A stretch of 64,000 bases of DNA from Polyangia bacterium (GCA_050287845.1 JBNKCR010000012.1:1-64000); one strand, 5' to 3'; counted from the first letter of the stretch, positions 18,886 to 32,260 are shown. Program-made: numbers and translations. The notes: generated from the letters alone by a model not told the origin.

Positions 18886-21069
18886 ATGAGCGGTAGTAAA
18901 GTACGGATGGCAGCTATCAATGCCATCAACAATCAGAAACTTGAAGTAGCCCCCTTGAATTTCTCTGAAGTATCTGCAAATGATATTTTTGGTCAGAATG
19001 TTTTCAATACGGCAGTGATGAAAGAGAAGCTTCCGAAATCCATTTTCAAGTCGCTGATGACAACCATCGAAGATAAGGCCAGTCTGGATCCGGAGATCGC
19101 CGACGTCGTTGCGACAGCAATGAAAGACTGGGCGATTGAAAAAGGCGCCACACACTACACCCATGTTTTTTACCCGCTGACTGGTTTGACAGCTGAAAAA
19201 CATGATTCTTTCCTTTCTCCCGATGGCAAAGGCGGCGCCATCGCTGAGTTCACCGGAAAATTGCTGATTCAGGGCGAGCCAGATGCATCCAGCTTCCCGA
19301 ATGGTGGCATTCGTGAGACATTTGAAGCCCGTGGATACACGCTCTGGGATGTGACAAGCCCGGCGTACATCATGGAGAATACCAACGGGACGACTCTGTG
19401 TATTCCCACCATGTTCATTTCCTGGACTGGCGAAGCGCTGGACAAGAAAACCCCGGTACTGCGTTCCATGCAGGCGTTGAATGCCCAGGCACAGCGGATT
19501 CTCAGACTCTTCGGTGAAACCTCTGAAGCATTTGTTTCTGCCAGCGCTGGTCCGGAGCAGGAATATTTTCTTGTGGATCGCAATTTCTACTATGCGCGCC
19601 CTGATCTGCTGAATGCCGATCGCACATTGTTCGGCGCCAAGCCTCCCAAAGGCCAGGAATTCGACGATCACTATTTTGGTGCAATTCCCTCTCGGGTACT
19701 TGCTTTCATGCTCGAAGTGGAGCGTGAACTGTACAAACTGGGAATTCCCGTAAAAACCCGTCACAACGAAGTGGCCCCGGGGCAGTATGAGATCGCTCCC
19801 GTGTATGAGTCTGCCAACATTGCCACCGATCATCAGCAACTGGTGATGGTTACCCTCAAAGCGGTTGCCAAGAAACACGGCATGGAATGTCTGCTGCACG
19901 AGAAACCGTTTGCCGGCATCAATGGTTCCGGAAAGCATCTCAACTGGTCGTTCGGAAATGGCGTTGTGGGCAACTTGCTCGATCCCGGTGATACACCCCA
20001 CGAAAACACCCGGTTCCTGGTGTTCTGCGCTGCTGTGGTTCGTGCGGTACATCTGCATGGCGGACTGTTGCGCGCTTCCGCCGCAACTGCTTCCAACGAT
20101 CATCGTCTGGGCGCCAATGAAGCACCTCCGGCGATTCTCTCCGTGTACCTGGGTGAGCAGCTCAACGATGTGTTCGAGCAGATTAAGGCTGGCGGTGCCA
20201 GGTCTTCGAAGAAGGCATCCACCATCAAGCTTGGCGTGGATACCCTGCCGCCGATTCCCAAGGACGCCGGAGACCGCAACCGTACCAGCCCCTTCGCATT
20301 CACCGGAAACCGCTTTGAGTTCCGCGCTGTCGGTTCCACCCAGTCCATCGCTGGTCCACTGGTAACCCTGAATACCATCGTTTCTGAATCGTTGGATTAT
20401 ATTGCCACCAAACTTGAAAAATTGGTGGGCAACAGCCCTGCCAAACTCAATGATGCAGTCACCAAGGTGCTTGCTGAAGTGGTCAAGGAGCACGAGGCAG
20501 TTATTTTCAATGGCGACAACTATTCCGAAGCATGGCACGCAGAGGCTGCCAAACGCGGTCTGCCGAACCTGAGAACTTCCGTGGACGCCATTCCTGAAAT
20601 CACCAGGAAGCAGACGATTGCCGTTTTCAAAAAATACAAAGTGCTTTCCCAGACGGAACTGGAGAGCCGCCAGGCGACATATCTGGAGCAGTATGCCAAA
20701 ACCATCAATGTTGAGGCAAATCTGGTGATCAAAGTCGCCCAAACCATGATTTTCCCGGCTGCGGTTCGCTACCAGTGTGAATTGGCCAGGACCTGCGCCC
20801 ACCTCAAAGCAGTTGGGTACAAGTTTGACACGGATACCCTCGACAAGATAACCGCGCTGGTGAAAGAACTTCAGGACAGCATTGCGGCGCTGAAAAAAGT
20901 CATGGATGGCAAAAAAGGCAGCACACCGATGGCGGAAGCCAAGTTCTATTGCGACAAGGTAATTCCTGCCATGTTGGCGGTTCGCGGGGTTGCCGACAAG
21001 CTGGAAAGTATTGTTGCTGACGATTTGTGGCCACTGCCCACTTATCAGGAAATGCTTTTCATCAAATAA
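18886..21069 (+). CDS. glnA: Glutamine synthetase type III
   Basis: [76 protein letters not shown]; start at MSGSKVR. Confidence 0.95.
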   Translation: MSGSKVRMAAINAINNQKLEVAPLNFSEVSANDIFGQNVFNTAVMKEKLPKSIFKSLMTTIEDKASLDPEIADVVATAMKDWAIEKGATHYTHVFYPLTGLTAEKHDSFLSPDGKGGAIAEFTGKLLIQGEPDASSFPNGGIRETFEARGYTLWDVTSPAYIMENTNGTTLCIPTMFISWTGEALDKKTPVLRSMQALNAQAQRILRLFGETSEAFVSASAGPEQEYFLVDRNFYYARPDLLNADRTLFGAKPPKGQEFDDHYFGAIPSRVLAFMLEVERELYKLGIPVKTRHNEVAPGQYEIAPVYESANIATDHQQLVMVTLKAVAKKHGMECLLHEKPFAGINGSGKHLNWSFGNGVVGNLLDPGDTPHENTRFLVFCAAVVRAVHLHGGLLRASAATASNDHRLGANEAPPAILSVYLGEQLNDVFEQIKAGGARSSKKASTIKLGVDTLPPIPKDAGDRNRTSPFAFTGNRFEFRAVGSTQSIAGPLVTLNTIVSESLDYIATKLEKLVGNSPAKLNDAVTKVLAEVVKEHEAVIFNGDNYSEAWHAEAAKRGLPNLRTSVDAIPEITRKQTIAVFKKYKVLSQTELESRQATYLEQYAKTINVEANLVIKVAQTMIFPAAVRYQCELARTCAHLKAVGYKFDTDTLDKITALVKELQDSIAALKKVMDGKKGSTPMAEAKFYCDKVIPAMLAVRGVADKLESIVADDLWPLPTYQEMLFIK

Positions 21070-21342
21070 CGCTCCCGTGAATTCCCCACATACGGCTTCT
21101 CCTCATCTTTAATCCTTTTTCAATCCCGGTTGTACTTACTGGCCTGTAATCTGCGGTCCGCGACACCTCAGTTTCAACCGGATGATCGTTTGAGAGCGTT
21201 AATTTTGTTCTGAATTCTGGCATTGGTTGAAAAATACACATGTAAAATAGGGGTTTCGTATTATAATCAGCAGCAGCACTCCAATTGGCAGGAGAGTCTT
21301 AATTGATATATATGTTAAAAGATGGATTCGGAGGTTCTTAAA

Positions 21343-23331
21343 ATGTCGCGATTGAAAATATGGATACTGTTTGGTTTGCTTGGGTACTTTCTGTTTGCGT
21401 GCGAAAAGGACGCCGCGCAGACCCATCACACCCCTTCTCCAACGGATGGAGATTCTGACACGGACGCCGATACTGATTCGGACTCGGACACGGACGCCGA
21501 TACCGATTCGGACAGCGATACCATGCCCGCGATCGGAGACTGCGGGGACGGGGCGTTGGATGACAATGAGGCGTGTGATGATAAGAACACCAATGCCGGG
21601 GATGGGTGCAGCGGGGATTGCACGGAAGTGGAAGAAGGGTATTCGTGTTATCCGCCGGGAAGAGAATGTCACAAGATGGCGATATGCGGCGATGGCCACA
21701 TTCTTCTGCCGGAACTCTGCGACGACGGTAACTCCGATAGCGGAGATGGATGCAGCGACTTCTGCAAGGTGGAGATTGGTTTTAAATGCGAAGGGGAGCC
21801 GAGCAAGTGCACGGCGACCATCTGCGGTGATGGAAAGCAGGAAGGCGCTGAAAGTTGCGATGATGGCAACACGGAGCCCTTTGATGGTTGCTCATCCACT
21901 TGCCAGAAAGAACCCGATTGTGTGGATGGCCAATGCGCATCTGAGTGTGGCGATGGTCTTGTGCTGGGAGAAGATTGTGATGATGGAAATCAGATCGATG
22001 GGGATGGCTGTTCCAGTAAATGCGAAACAGAGGTTGGCTATGAATGCAAACAGGAAGGTTGCGTTGATGATGAGAAGTGCACTCTTGTGATTGATGCTAT
22101 TTTCCGGGATTTTCCGAATAGCCACCCGGATTTTGACCTGGGCGAAGACTGTGATGCGCTGGTGAAGGGAATGGTGGAAGATCGGATTGGAGACGATTGG
22201 AAGCCCGTTCTTGCCGGAAATGTGGATCCGGACGCCTGTGTGACCTCTGCCGCCACATTCTCGGAGTGGTACAATAAGGCGCCATCAAAAGTGGGACAGA
22301 TTGTGCTTTTTCCCGATGGAAATGGCAATTTCGTGAATCAGTATGGCGAAGAAGGGGAGCAGTGGGTGTTTATTGATGATGTCAAGTTGACGTTCTGCGC
22401 AGCGGGACCGGAAGTGGTGGATTGCACATTCCTCGAAGATGCTGATTGCGAACTGGAATGCCCGGACGTCGTTGAAGAGTATCCGGACTGGGTCTGTTCA
22501 TCGCCATGTCCCCACGACTATGGAAACCGCACTTGTCTGACGTCTCCCAACCCGGGCACCTGTGATGACTGTCCGAATCTTGCTGCGGGTGTTGAGGGGT
22601 ACGAATGCGTGAATCCCTGCGGACAAAACAATACCACCATGGGGATTTCGAACTTTGACGTGTGCGAATATGGCGCGCCAAGGACATACTATGATGGAAA
22701 TCCGCTGTTCTTCCCGATAGATGATATTGGCAGCGAGAAGGAACCGGCGAAGGTCCCGGAAGAGTATGGATACGATGGCTGGCCCTGGGAAAAGGCAGTG
22801 CTGGGTAAAGAGGTAATGCACAATTTTGCGTTCACTTCGGAGATTACCTATTGGTTCAAGTATGAAGCGGACAAGACTGCCAAACTTAATTTTACCGGCG
22901 ATGACGATGTATGGGTATTCGTGAATGGACAGTTGGTCGTTGATCTTGGGGGTGTACATGTGCCTGAAGACGGCAGCGTGGTCATTGACAGTACACACAA
23001 TTACGGTATGACCGATGGTGGTGTGTATCGGATAAACATCTTTCATGCGGAACGCAAACCGGAAGGATCCTCTTTCAAGCTCACCCTTGGTGGATTTAAT
23101 ACGGCTCGGAGTGATTGCAGACCAGATTGCGGCGACGGTGTACTGTCTCTGGGAGAACAGTGCGACGATGGGATCAATGACGGCGGATATGGCGGATGCA
23201 CTTCTGATTGCAAGTTGAGCGAATTCTGTGGAGACGGCATCGTGCAGAAACCATATGAGGACTGCGATGATGGGAATTTCCAGAAAGGGGACAAATGTCC
23301 GCCATCCTGCCGCAACATCATCGTTGAATAA
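21343..23331 (+). CDS. Fibro-slime (PA14-like) domain lipoprotein with Myxococcus Cys-rich (DUF4215-type) repeats, paralog 1
   Basis: Lipobox LFAC; D-S/D-T linker; CGDG..E.CDDGN..GDGCS repeats; HNFAFTSE, FTGDDDVWVFVNGQLVVDLGGVH, HAER. Confidence 0.9.
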   Translation: MSRLKIWILFGLLGYFLFACEKDAAQTHHTPSPTDGDSDTDADTDSDSDTDADTDSDSDTMPAIGDCGDGALDDNEACDDKNTNAGDGCSGDCTEVEEGYSCYPPGRECHKMAICGDGHILLPELCDDGNSDSGDGCSDFCKVEIGFKCEGEPSKCTATICGDGKQEGAESCDDGNTEPFDGCSSTCQKEPDCVDGQCASECGDGLVLGEDCDDGNQIDGDGCSSKCETEVGYECKQEGCVDDEKCTLVIDAIFRDFPNSHPDFDLGEDCDALVKGMVEDRIGDDWKPVLAGNVDPDACVTSAATFSEWYNKAPSKVGQIVLFPDGNGNFVNQYGEEGEQWVFIDDVKLTFCAAGPEVVDCTFLEDADCELECPDVVEEYPDWVCSSPCPHDYGNRTCLTSPNPGTCDDCPNLAAGVEGYECVNPCGQNNTTMGISNFDVCEYGAPRTYYDGNPLFFPIDDIGSEKEPAKVPEEYGYDGWPWEKAVLGKEVMHNFAFTSEITYWFKYEADKTAKLNFTGDDDVWVFVNGQLVVDLGGVHVPEDGSVVIDSTHNYGMTDGGVYRINIFHAERKPEGSSFKLTLGGFNTARSDCRPDCGDGVLSLGEQCDDGINDGGYGGCTSDCKLSEFCGDGIVQKPYEDCDDGNFQKGDKCPPSCRNIIVE

Positions 23332-23758
23332 ATCCATATTCAGTCCTTCGTGATTTACATTTTTAATTAAAATAGTGTCTATTTGTTTAAAGTTGGCCCT
23401 TTTGCCGAGGGGGTGGATGGATGCAGAACGGACATTGTTTTTCCGTGTATTCACATTTTTTTTAATGAGATTGTCTAAAAAACGGTTTTCGAGTGGAAAA
23501 ATTCCAATTTCTGAAGCCCGAATTGATTCGTAATATGTCGTATATATTCAAAAAATGCTGGAAGAGCCGGACACTCGCGCCAGATTGCACTTTTTTCCGA
23601 ATTATAACTATGTTAAAATTTGCTCAAGTGCGTTTGGCTTGAGACACAATCGTAATAATTATTTTAAACCCCGTCTCATTATTCAGATTGCATGTTTCAT
23701 AGACAAATATTCCATTGCTGCTGAGGCATTGTTACGCGGCATTATTTGGAGGTAATCA

Positions 23759-25750
23759 ATGATACGTTTTATTTACTTAATTTTAATAGGCTTGCTGGCA
23801 GCATGGGTCGTTGGCTGTGGGAGTGACCCCCTCCAGCCGGGGTTGACAAACAGTCACTCCGATTCCGACAGCGACGCCGATTCGGATGCTGACAGCGACA
23901 GTGATTCGGATGCTGACAGCGATAGCGACAGTGATTCGGACAGTGATTCGGATGGAGATGGGGATGGAGATGTTTGTGGTGATGGGGTTCTGGGTGAAAA
24001 AGAGGCATGTGATGACAAAAATACCGAGAGCGATGACGGCTGTTCATCCAATTGCGAGGAAGTGGAAGAAGGTTGGTCGTGTCAGCCTCCCGGCTTTGCG
24101 TGTCATCGAATGGCCCGCTGTGGTGACGGCGAAGTTTCTCTGCCGGAAATGTGCGACGATGACAACAACGATGATGGCGACGGCTGCAGTGCCACCTGTA
24201 AGGTAGAAATCGGTTATAAATGTGAAGGGTCTCCCAGTGTGTGCGAACATACCAAATGTGGGGATGGCAAGCAGGAAGGCGCGGAAGGTTGTGACGACGG
24301 GAACAAACTGCCTTTCGACGGATGTGACATTTATTGTCAGCGGGAGCCGGAGTGTTCCGGGGGGGCGTGTACTTCCGAGTGTGGCGATGGTCTGGTATTG
24401 GGTGACGAAGCATGCGACGACGGAAATACTATTGATGGCGACGGTTGTGACCATACCTGCAAGGTGGAGCCTGGCTTCACCTGTAACGAAGATATCGAAC
24501 TTGGTGAATCGATGGAAGTCCCCGTTATTTATAAAGATTTTGAAGAGGGAGACCCAGACTTCAACCAGTTTGAAATGACCGAGGACGAGGAACTGGACGG
24601 TGGCTGTGTGAAGGCTTCAAAGGGAATGATATTGAAGGATTTGAATGACAAGGGGAAACCGCAGTTGGATCCGGATTACGGTGATGAGGATGCGGGCACC
24701 AATCCCGATGACTGCAATAGCGTTGAAAGCGACGAAAGTTTTGCAGGCTGGTACACACACGATCCCGACGATGAGGCGGTTATTTCTGATACTATCGTAC
24801 TCTGGAAGAATGAAGATGGGGATTATGTGAACCGTTGGCAGGACGACGGTACGCAGTGGTCCAGAATCCTCGATTTTGATCCCGAGACACCGGATGTTCA
24901 GGCGATGTGGTGCGGTGAGGGTGGAGACAACAAGAGTTGTGACGATCATGCATGCGCCGATGGAGTGGAATTTGACCCCGATGAGATGCTGTGCTTCTAT
25001 CCGTGTGAACCCTGGGGCGATAAAGATTACTCCTGCGCGGTGCGTTTTGAAGAATTGGATGATCCCGAGTATTTCGATGGCAACCCGGTGTTCTTCCCCA
25101 TTGATGGCAAGGGTATTGACAATGATACCTACGAAGCCAAAATTTCTGAGCCAGTGTATGAGGGGATGTGGATTTACGAGGAGAGTTTCCTTGATGCCAA
25201 TGGCGTAGACATCCCGGATGGCTACGATTTTGATCACAACTTCTTTTTTACCAGTGAAGTGCGTTTCTGGTTCAAGTACGACATGGACGCCAACCAGCGC
25301 TTTGAATTTGTGGGTGACGATGACGTGTGGGTTTTCGTGAATAGAAAGCTGGCAATCGATCTGGGTGGTATTCACGTGCCCATTGCACAGGATTTTACGC
25401 TGCAGGATCTGGAAGACTCGCATGATTTGGAACATGGAAAAGTGTACGAAATTGCGGTGTTCCAGGCAGAACGGCGTCGCGAGGGGTCCAGCTACAAATT
25501 CACGCTCGGTGGTTTTGACACCGCGAGAAGCGATTGTGTACCCGAATGTGGCGACGGCATTGTGTCCCTGGGTGAGGAATGTGATGATGGTAAAAATGAA
25601 GGCGGATACGGCAAATGCGGCGAAGGCTGCAAGCTTGACGAGTACTGCGGTGATGGCGAAGTGCAGGAAGAATTTGAAGACTGCGACGACGGCAACTTCC
25701 GCAATGGCGATGGATGCGACGCTTCGTGTATTATTTTCCGGGTTGAGTAG
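23759..25750 (+). CDS. Fibro-slime domain lipoprotein with Cys-rich repeats, paralog 2
   Basis: Lipobox VVGC; D-S linker; same repeats; HNFFFTSE, GDDDVWVFVNRKLAIDLGGIH, QAER. Confidence 0.9.
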   Translation: MIRFIYLILIGLLAAWVVGCGSDPLQPGLTNSHSDSDSDADSDADSDSDSDADSDSDSDSDSDSDGDGDGDVCGDGVLGEKEACDDKNTESDDGCSSNCEEVEEGWSCQPPGFACHRMARCGDGEVSLPEMCDDDNNDDGDGCSATCKVEIGYKCEGSPSVCEHTKCGDGKQEGAEGCDDGNKLPFDGCDIYCQREPECSGGACTSECGDGLVLGDEACDDGNTIDGDGCDHTCKVEPGFTCNEDIELGESMEVPVIYKDFEEGDPDFNQFEMTEDEELDGGCVKASKGMILKDLNDKGKPQLDPDYGDEDAGTNPDDCNSVESDESFAGWYTHDPDDEAVISDTIVLWKNEDGDYVNRWQDDGTQWSRILDFDPETPDVQAMWCGEGGDNKSCDDHACADGVEFDPDEMLCFYPCEPWGDKDYSCAVRFEELDDPEYFDGNPVFFPIDGKGIDNDTYEAKISEPVYEGMWIYEESFLDANGVDIPDGYDFDHNFFFTSEVRFWFKYDMDANQRFEFVGDDDVWVFVNRKLAIDLGGIHVPIAQDFTLQDLEDSHDLEHGKVYEIAVFQAERRREGSSYKFTLGGFDTARSDCVPECGDGIVSLGEECDDGKNEGGYGKCGEGCKLDEYCGDGEVQEEFEDCDDGNFRNGDGCDASCIIFRVE

Positions 25751-26005
25751 ATACACATCGGATAATCTCAACGCATCAATGCCCTCCTTTCGTTCATGAT
25801 TTTAAATCCGACAATTGTATTTGATTTAAAGTGGTGTAATATCGTACCACGCGAAATCAGAGCCGCATTGACCCATTTGGGGTTGCGTTGACAACATGCG
25901 GATTTGCGCTGCAACGCGTCTTCGTTTTTTCTTGTGGGGGCGTCCAACGATGTTGCAGGTCAGATGGATGCTCCTGTACGCACAGCTGAGGTGGAACAGA
26001 AAAGT

Positions 26006-27829
26006 ATGCAAGTGATTTCAAACCGGATGAAGTGGTCAATTGTTGCGATGCTGACCGTGCTTCCATTATCTTTGCTCTGGGTGCTTGTGCCGATGGTGGG
26101 TCCCAGTGTGAATGTTTTGAGTTTTACTGCACCTCTTGTGGCGACTCTGTTTTTTGGTTTTGGACGGGGGCTGGTGGTACTCATTCTGAACTGGGGAGTC
26201 TCGGTGCTGGTAATTTCCCGGATTCCGGGGATTTATGCGGAAAGCGCGGGCTCCATCCAGTCTGTGCCTCCCTTTATCGCCAGTATCATTTTTATTTACG
26301 GTGCGAGTCGAATCCGTGCATATATCAGCCAGAGAAAAAAGGCGGAAGGCGCGTTACGCGAATCAGAGCAGCGGTATCGTCTTATTTTCGAAAACAGTGG
26401 GGATGGGATCCTGCTGATGGATGAAAATGGCGTCGTACTCGAAGCAAGCCCCAGAGTAGCGGAGCATATCGATTTTTCGCCAATTGATCTCATTGGACAA
26501 TCATTTCTGGATGTGTTGACCTATCAGGATGCAAAGCCAGCCAGCTTCATTGAGTTGATAAAAGGGGCTCGGGGGACACGTGAACATGAGTTGGTTGTCC
26601 TGGATGAAAATGGAGACAAAAAATATTTGCAGCTCACTTTTTCAGCCGCGGACGTTCGGGAAAGGGGTGCCACCTGGATTTGTCTGCTCAAGGATATTAC
26701 CGAAAGACGCGAATTGATGGAGATGCTCCAGGAGTCGAAGAAGATGGAAGCGATCGGAAGGCTCGCGGGGGGCGTGGCCCATGATTTGAACAACATTCTC
26801 AATGCCATTGTCGGCTCTGCCCATGCGCATCGAAACGAACACCGGGAGTGCCCCATCAGTTTTGAAGACATCGACAATATCTCTGCGGCATGCAGACGTG
26901 GCGCGCAATTGACGCAAAGCCTGCTGGGATTCACCCGCAAATCGAACCTGTCCAAAGAGTTGTTTTCGTTGAATCAGTCCATTCAGAACATCCTGGCGGT
27001 GACGGGGAGAACCTCCCTGAAAAATATTCATTGTGAAAGTCGACTGGAGCCCAATTTGCCACAGATAGAAGGCGATCAGCACCAGATTGAAACTGCGCTG
27101 ATGAATATCTGTCTGAATGCACTGGATGCAATGAAGGCGGGGGGAACGCTTACGGTGACTTCGTATAGTGATACGGAAGGCATCTGGATTCATATCCGGG
27201 ATTCGGGCGTTGGTATGGATGAGGAAACGCGGCAACGGGCATTTGAACCGTTTTTTACCACCAAGCCGGTGGGTAAAGGAACGGGACTTGGCCTGGCGAT
27301 GGCCTATGGGGTGATGCAGAGTCACAACGGCAAAATACATCTGCAGTCTGCACCGGGTGCGGGTACCACGGTGACGCTGTGGTTCCCGAGGTCGAATGTG
27401 AATATGAAAGTGCGTAAGTTTGACGATACGCAGTCCGCTGACCAGGATGTTTCGATTCTGTCCAATCATACTATCCTGCTGGTGGACGACGAACCACTTG
27501 TGTTGCGCGCCGGAATTCGAATGCTGAATACCCTGGGCTGCCAGGTGATTAGCGCTGGCGGTGGTGAAAATGCGATTGAAAAATTCAGGAAGCATGAGGA
27601 CATTTCCCTTGTTCTGCTGGATTTGATTATGCCGGGAATGGATGGTACCGTCACATTGTCTCATCTCAAGGAGATTCGCCCGGAGGTCCCCGTCATTCTG
27701 GTTTCCGGATACACCAGAAACATTGAACGGGTGAGTGCCTTGCAGCAGGCGAAGGAATGCGAATTTATTCCAAAACCATACTCTCCGGATGACCTTGTCA
27801 AAGCGCTGAAAAGGATCTTCCCGGAATAG
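26006..27829 (+). CDS. Membrane hybrid sensor histidine kinase (TM-PAS-HisKA-HATPase-REC)
   Basis: [39 protein letters not shown]-terminal REC; start uncertain (ORF open from 25904). Confidence 0.9.
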   Translation: MQVISNRMKWSIVAMLTVLPLSLLWVLVPMVGPSVNVLSFTAPLVATLFFGFGRGLVVLILNWGVSVLVISRIPGIYAESAGSIQSVPPFIASIIFIYGASRIRAYISQRKKAEGALRESEQRYRLIFENSGDGILLMDENGVVLEASPRVAEHIDFSPIDLIGQSFLDVLTYQDAKPASFIELIKGARGTREHELVVLDENGDKKYLQLTFSAADVRERGATWICLLKDITERRELMEMLQESKKMEAIGRLAGGVAHDLNNILNAIVGSAHAHRNEHRECPISFEDIDNISAACRRGAQLTQSLLGFTRKSNLSKELFSLNQSIQNILAVTGRTSLKNIHCESRLEPNLPQIEGDQHQIETALMNICLNALDAMKAGGTLTVTSYSDTEGIWIHIRDSGVGMDEETRQRAFEPFFTTKPVGKGTGLGLAMAYGVMQSHNGKIHLQSAPGAGTTVTLWFPRSNVNMKVRKFDDTQSADQDVSILSNHTILLVDDEPLVLRAGIRMLNTLGCQVISAGGGENAIEKFRKHEDISLVLLDLIMPGMDGTVTLSHLKEIRPEVPVILVSGYTRNIERVSALQQAKECEFIPKPYSPDDLVKALKRIFPE

Positions 27830-27928
27830 GGACAGTGACAATAGTAGTCGCTGTCCTGAGGCGTGGTTCACTCCGGTGCGAATCAATCCCGGGGCTGCGT
27901 CTTCGACTGGATTCCGCGACAACTTTCC

Positions 27929-29371
27929 TTACGGTTTCTTTGAAATCGGTTTACGGGAGAGAGCTTTGCTCAACCCGGAACGGGAAATGCCTATCATCTG
28001 AGATGCCACGGTGTAGTTTCCGCCAGCGCGCCGAAGCGCCTCTGAAATGAGGAGCTCCCGCATTTCGATGAGCGTGGGCAAGGTGCTGAACAGAGACAAC
28101 GGGGATGCCGCGGTGATAGGTGAATCCGCTTCACCGAGTACAGGCAACGTTGGCGTATCGACGGTGGCATGCCGTGCGATGTGATCTCTGAAAGTGGTCA
28201 TTGAAAGAATTTTTGATTTGTGATTGCTCACCGCATCGAAGACCATGGCTTCCAGTTCTCGAACATTCCCCGGAAAATGATATGCGCTGAGCAGACCACT
28301 GAGTTCCTTCGGTGGGGTGGGTGGCTTTTTGTCGAGATCCTGTGCGGCTTTCCGGATGAGGTGATGAAGCAGCAGCGGAACATCATCCAGTCGTTCTCTG
28401 AGCGGTGGAATATCGATGTGATGGGTTTGCAGTCTGAAATACAGGTCGGTTCGGAATTTTTTTTCTTCCTGCAGCTGCTGCAGATTTCGGTTGGTGGCCA
28501 CAACAATACGGGTTTCAGATGGTTTTGGCGCATCGGCGCCCAGGGGAAAGTACTCGTTTTCCTGGAGCAGCCGGAGCAATTTCACCTGACTCGGCATATC
28601 CAAATCGCCAATTTCATCCAGAAACAGGGTACCGCCACGGGCGGTTTCAATCAGTCCTGCCCGCTGCGTCACCGCGCCGGTGAATGCCCCTTTCTGATGA
28701 CCGAACAATGTGTCGGAAAACATCTGATCATCCAGCCCCGCAACATTCACACTGACAAACGGACCTTCTTTCACACTGACGGCGTGCACCGCTTTGGCAA
28801 AGAGCTCCTTGCCCACTCCCGTCTCACCGGTGATGAGTACGGGACGTCTTGAGCGGGCGATGGTTTCGATGTAATTGAAAAGCGCGCGCATTTTGCGATT
28901 GCCGGTAATGATATGCGAGAAAAGCGCCGGATTTTCGAGATCACCTTTGAACATCCGATGTTTAAAGTCCGCGTATTCACTCTGCAGTTCGCCGAATTCA
29001 ATGGCTCGTTTCACTGCCGAGGTCAACCTTGCTTCATCCACCGGTTTCACCAGATAGTCAAATGCACCCGATTTCATGCAATCAATGGCAATATCCACTT
29101 CGTTGTAACCGGTGACAATGATGACCGGTGTTCCCGGGTAACAGCGGGTGATTTCCCGCAACAGGTGGTGGCCATCTGTTTCGGGCATGGACAAATCGAG
29201 CAGCACCGCAGCGACCCGGGTGGTTTCCAGAAGCGGCATCACCTTGCCGGGATTGGTGGTGCCAATCAGATTGTCAATGCCATCCGCTTCAAGCAACATT
29301 TCAATGCCGTCAATGGCGGTCTGCTCGTCGTCTACCAGTAACACGGGATTTGCAGGCGTCAGTTGTTCCAT
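27929..29371 (-). CDS. Sigma54-dependent response regulator (NtrC family)
   Basis: REC; GETGVGKE; GAFTGA; LFLDEIGD; FPGNVREL; Fis-type HTH. Confidence 0.93.
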   Translation of the reverse strand: MEQLTPANPVLLVDDEQTAIDGIEMLLEADGIDNLIGTTNPGKVMPLLETTRVAAVLLDLSMPETDGHHLLREITRCYPGTPVIIVTGYNEVDIAIDCMKSGAFDYLVKPVDEARLTSAVKRAIEFGELQSEYADFKHRMFKGDLENPALFSHIITGNRKMRALFNYIETIARSRRPVLITGETGVGKELFAKAVHAVSVKEGPFVSVNVAGLDDQMFSDTLFGHQKGAFTGAVTQRAGLIETARGGTLFLDEIGDLDMPSQVKLLRLLQENEYFPLGADAPKPSETRIVVATNRNLQQLQEEKKFRTDLYFRLQTHHIDIPPLRERLDDVPLLLHHLIRKAAQDLDKKPPTPPKELSGLLSAYHFPGNVRELEAMVFDAVSNHKSKILSMTTFRDHIARHATVDTPTLPVLGEADSPITAASPLSLFSTLPTLIEMRELLISEALRRAGGNYTVASQMIGISRSGLSKALSRKPISKKP

Positions 29372-30675
29372 GGGGGCTCCTCATTGAATGCGGGCAGATA
29401 CATTTTCACCGTGGTACCTTCGTTCACTTCGGATGAAAATTCCAGATACCCGCCGTGACTGGTCGCGATGTTTTCACTGATCGAAAGTCCCAGACCGGTG
29501 CCACCGCTGCTACGTCTCGTGGTGAAAAATGGATCTGTAATGCGTCTTAGATTTTCGGCGGGAATTCCTTTTCCGGTGTCATTGATTTGAAATACCACTG
29601 CCGGTTGCCCATCCGACATTTTATCCCGAAACGTGACAATCGAAATTTCTCTCGGCTCTTCTGCGAGTGCCTGTACCGCGTTCTGTACCAGATTGATGAT
29701 GACCTGTTCAATGCGTCGGTAGTCGCCCATGATGGGAGGGAGGTTTTTGCCGTAGGTCACGTAGAAAGCGCGGGTTTCTTTTTTTGTGAGGTTCTTCAGC
29801 AGTGAAAGCGCGGAGTCCACAATTCGATTGATCTGTACTTTCTCATTGTGCTGACAGGGTTGCTCCCGGGCATAATCGCGCAGTTCATTGACAATGTGAG
29901 TAATCCGGGAAGTTCCCTCCCGCACGTTGTCATACATATTGCCAATTCGTTCCCGTGTCTTGCTGTAGCGGGTGCCGCCCAGTTTGAAGTCGCCGTGTTC
30001 TTCGAAATATCTGTCGAGAATTGGCAGCGCATCTTTCCACGCCTTCTGGAGCAGTGAAATGTGGGAGAGCACAAATTGATTGGGATTGTTGATTTCATGG
30101 GCCACACCGGAAACCAGAATGCCGAGAGATATCATTTTATCCGCCTGAATCAGTTGTTCCTGCTGCGCCCGTTCTGCTTTTTTTCGCGCTTTTCGTCTGG
30201 TGATGTCTTCCATGATGCCATCGAAATAAACCACATTGCCGGTATCATTGCAGATGACCGCCGCGGTGACCGAAATCCAGATACCGGCGCCATCCCGGCG
30301 TCGCATCTTGAGTTCCTCCCGAATCACTTCACCCCTGGAAAACAGATTCTTCGAAAATTCGATACATTCTTCCGGCCGATAGTAGAGTCTGGAAACGGGG
30401 ACCTGGTTGAGTTCTTCCGGCGAGCCATATCCGAACATCTCCACCAGCGCACGGTTCACCATCACCAGTTTGCCGTCCGGGCCCGGCGTGCGTCGGTACA
30501 CGCCGACGGGAACATTGTCGGTGAGCGCCTGATATCGATTTTCCGTTTCTTTCAGACGCTGTTTCACGGCGGCGACCAGCCGGGTCAGTTCTTCCCGGGA
30601 GTCCGCATCAGTGTTGGCAAGATTCAGGATTCGGTCCAGCAGGGTAGCGGTACTATCGTTGGAAGTATTCGTCAT
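29359..30675 (-). CDS. Cytoplasmic PAS sensor histidine kinase, cognate of the NtrC-family regulator
   Basis: PAS; GVAHEINNP; NLVQNA; DTGKG; FFTT..GGTGLGL; overlaps the regulator start. Confidence 0.9.
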   Translation of the reverse strand: MTNTSNDSTATLLDRILNLANTDADSREELTRLVAAVKQRLKETENRYQALTDNVPVGVYRRTPGPDGKLVMVNRALVEMFGYGSPEELNQVPVSRLYYRPEECIEFSKNLFSRGEVIREELKMRRRDGAGIWISVTAAVICNDTGNVVYFDGIMEDITRRKARKKAERAQQEQLIQADKMISLGILVSGVAHEINNPNQFVLSHISLLQKAWKDALPILDRYFEEHGDFKLGGTRYSKTRERIGNMYDNVREGTSRITHIVNELRDYAREQPCQHNEKVQINRIVDSALSLLKNLTKKETRAFYVTYGKNLPPIMGDYRRIEQVIINLVQNAVQALAEEPREISIVTFRDKMSDGQPAVVFQINDTGKGIPAENLRRITDPFFTTRRSSGGTGLGLSISENIATSHGGYLEFSSEVNEGTTVKMYLPAFNEEPPWNN

Positions 30676-30871
30676 GGGGCCTTTTTACTCCAAAAGCCGG
30701 TCGTTGGCCAGAACCACGGCGTTGTACCAAATTCGCGAGTTTGAATTTGGGGACTCGGCCGGGAACTAAATCGTTTTAACTAATTGTGACCCTTTTGCGC
30801 GCCGCCAGGTTACTTTAGCCGAGTAAACAGTATCTGCTTCAGGCACTGCTTGCTTCGAAGAAAGGTTGACT

Positions 30872-32260
<1,389 letters not shown>

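Noticed and set aside
17101..20802. Long antisense ORFs (469 aa opposite gltD, 663 aa opposite glutamine synthetase)
   Set aside because: Shadow ORFs from codon bias of conserved genes; no recognisable motifs
30841..30855. AGGCACTGCTTGCT as a sigma54 promoter for GH5
   Set aside because: GG-to-GC spacing is 8 nt, not the required 10
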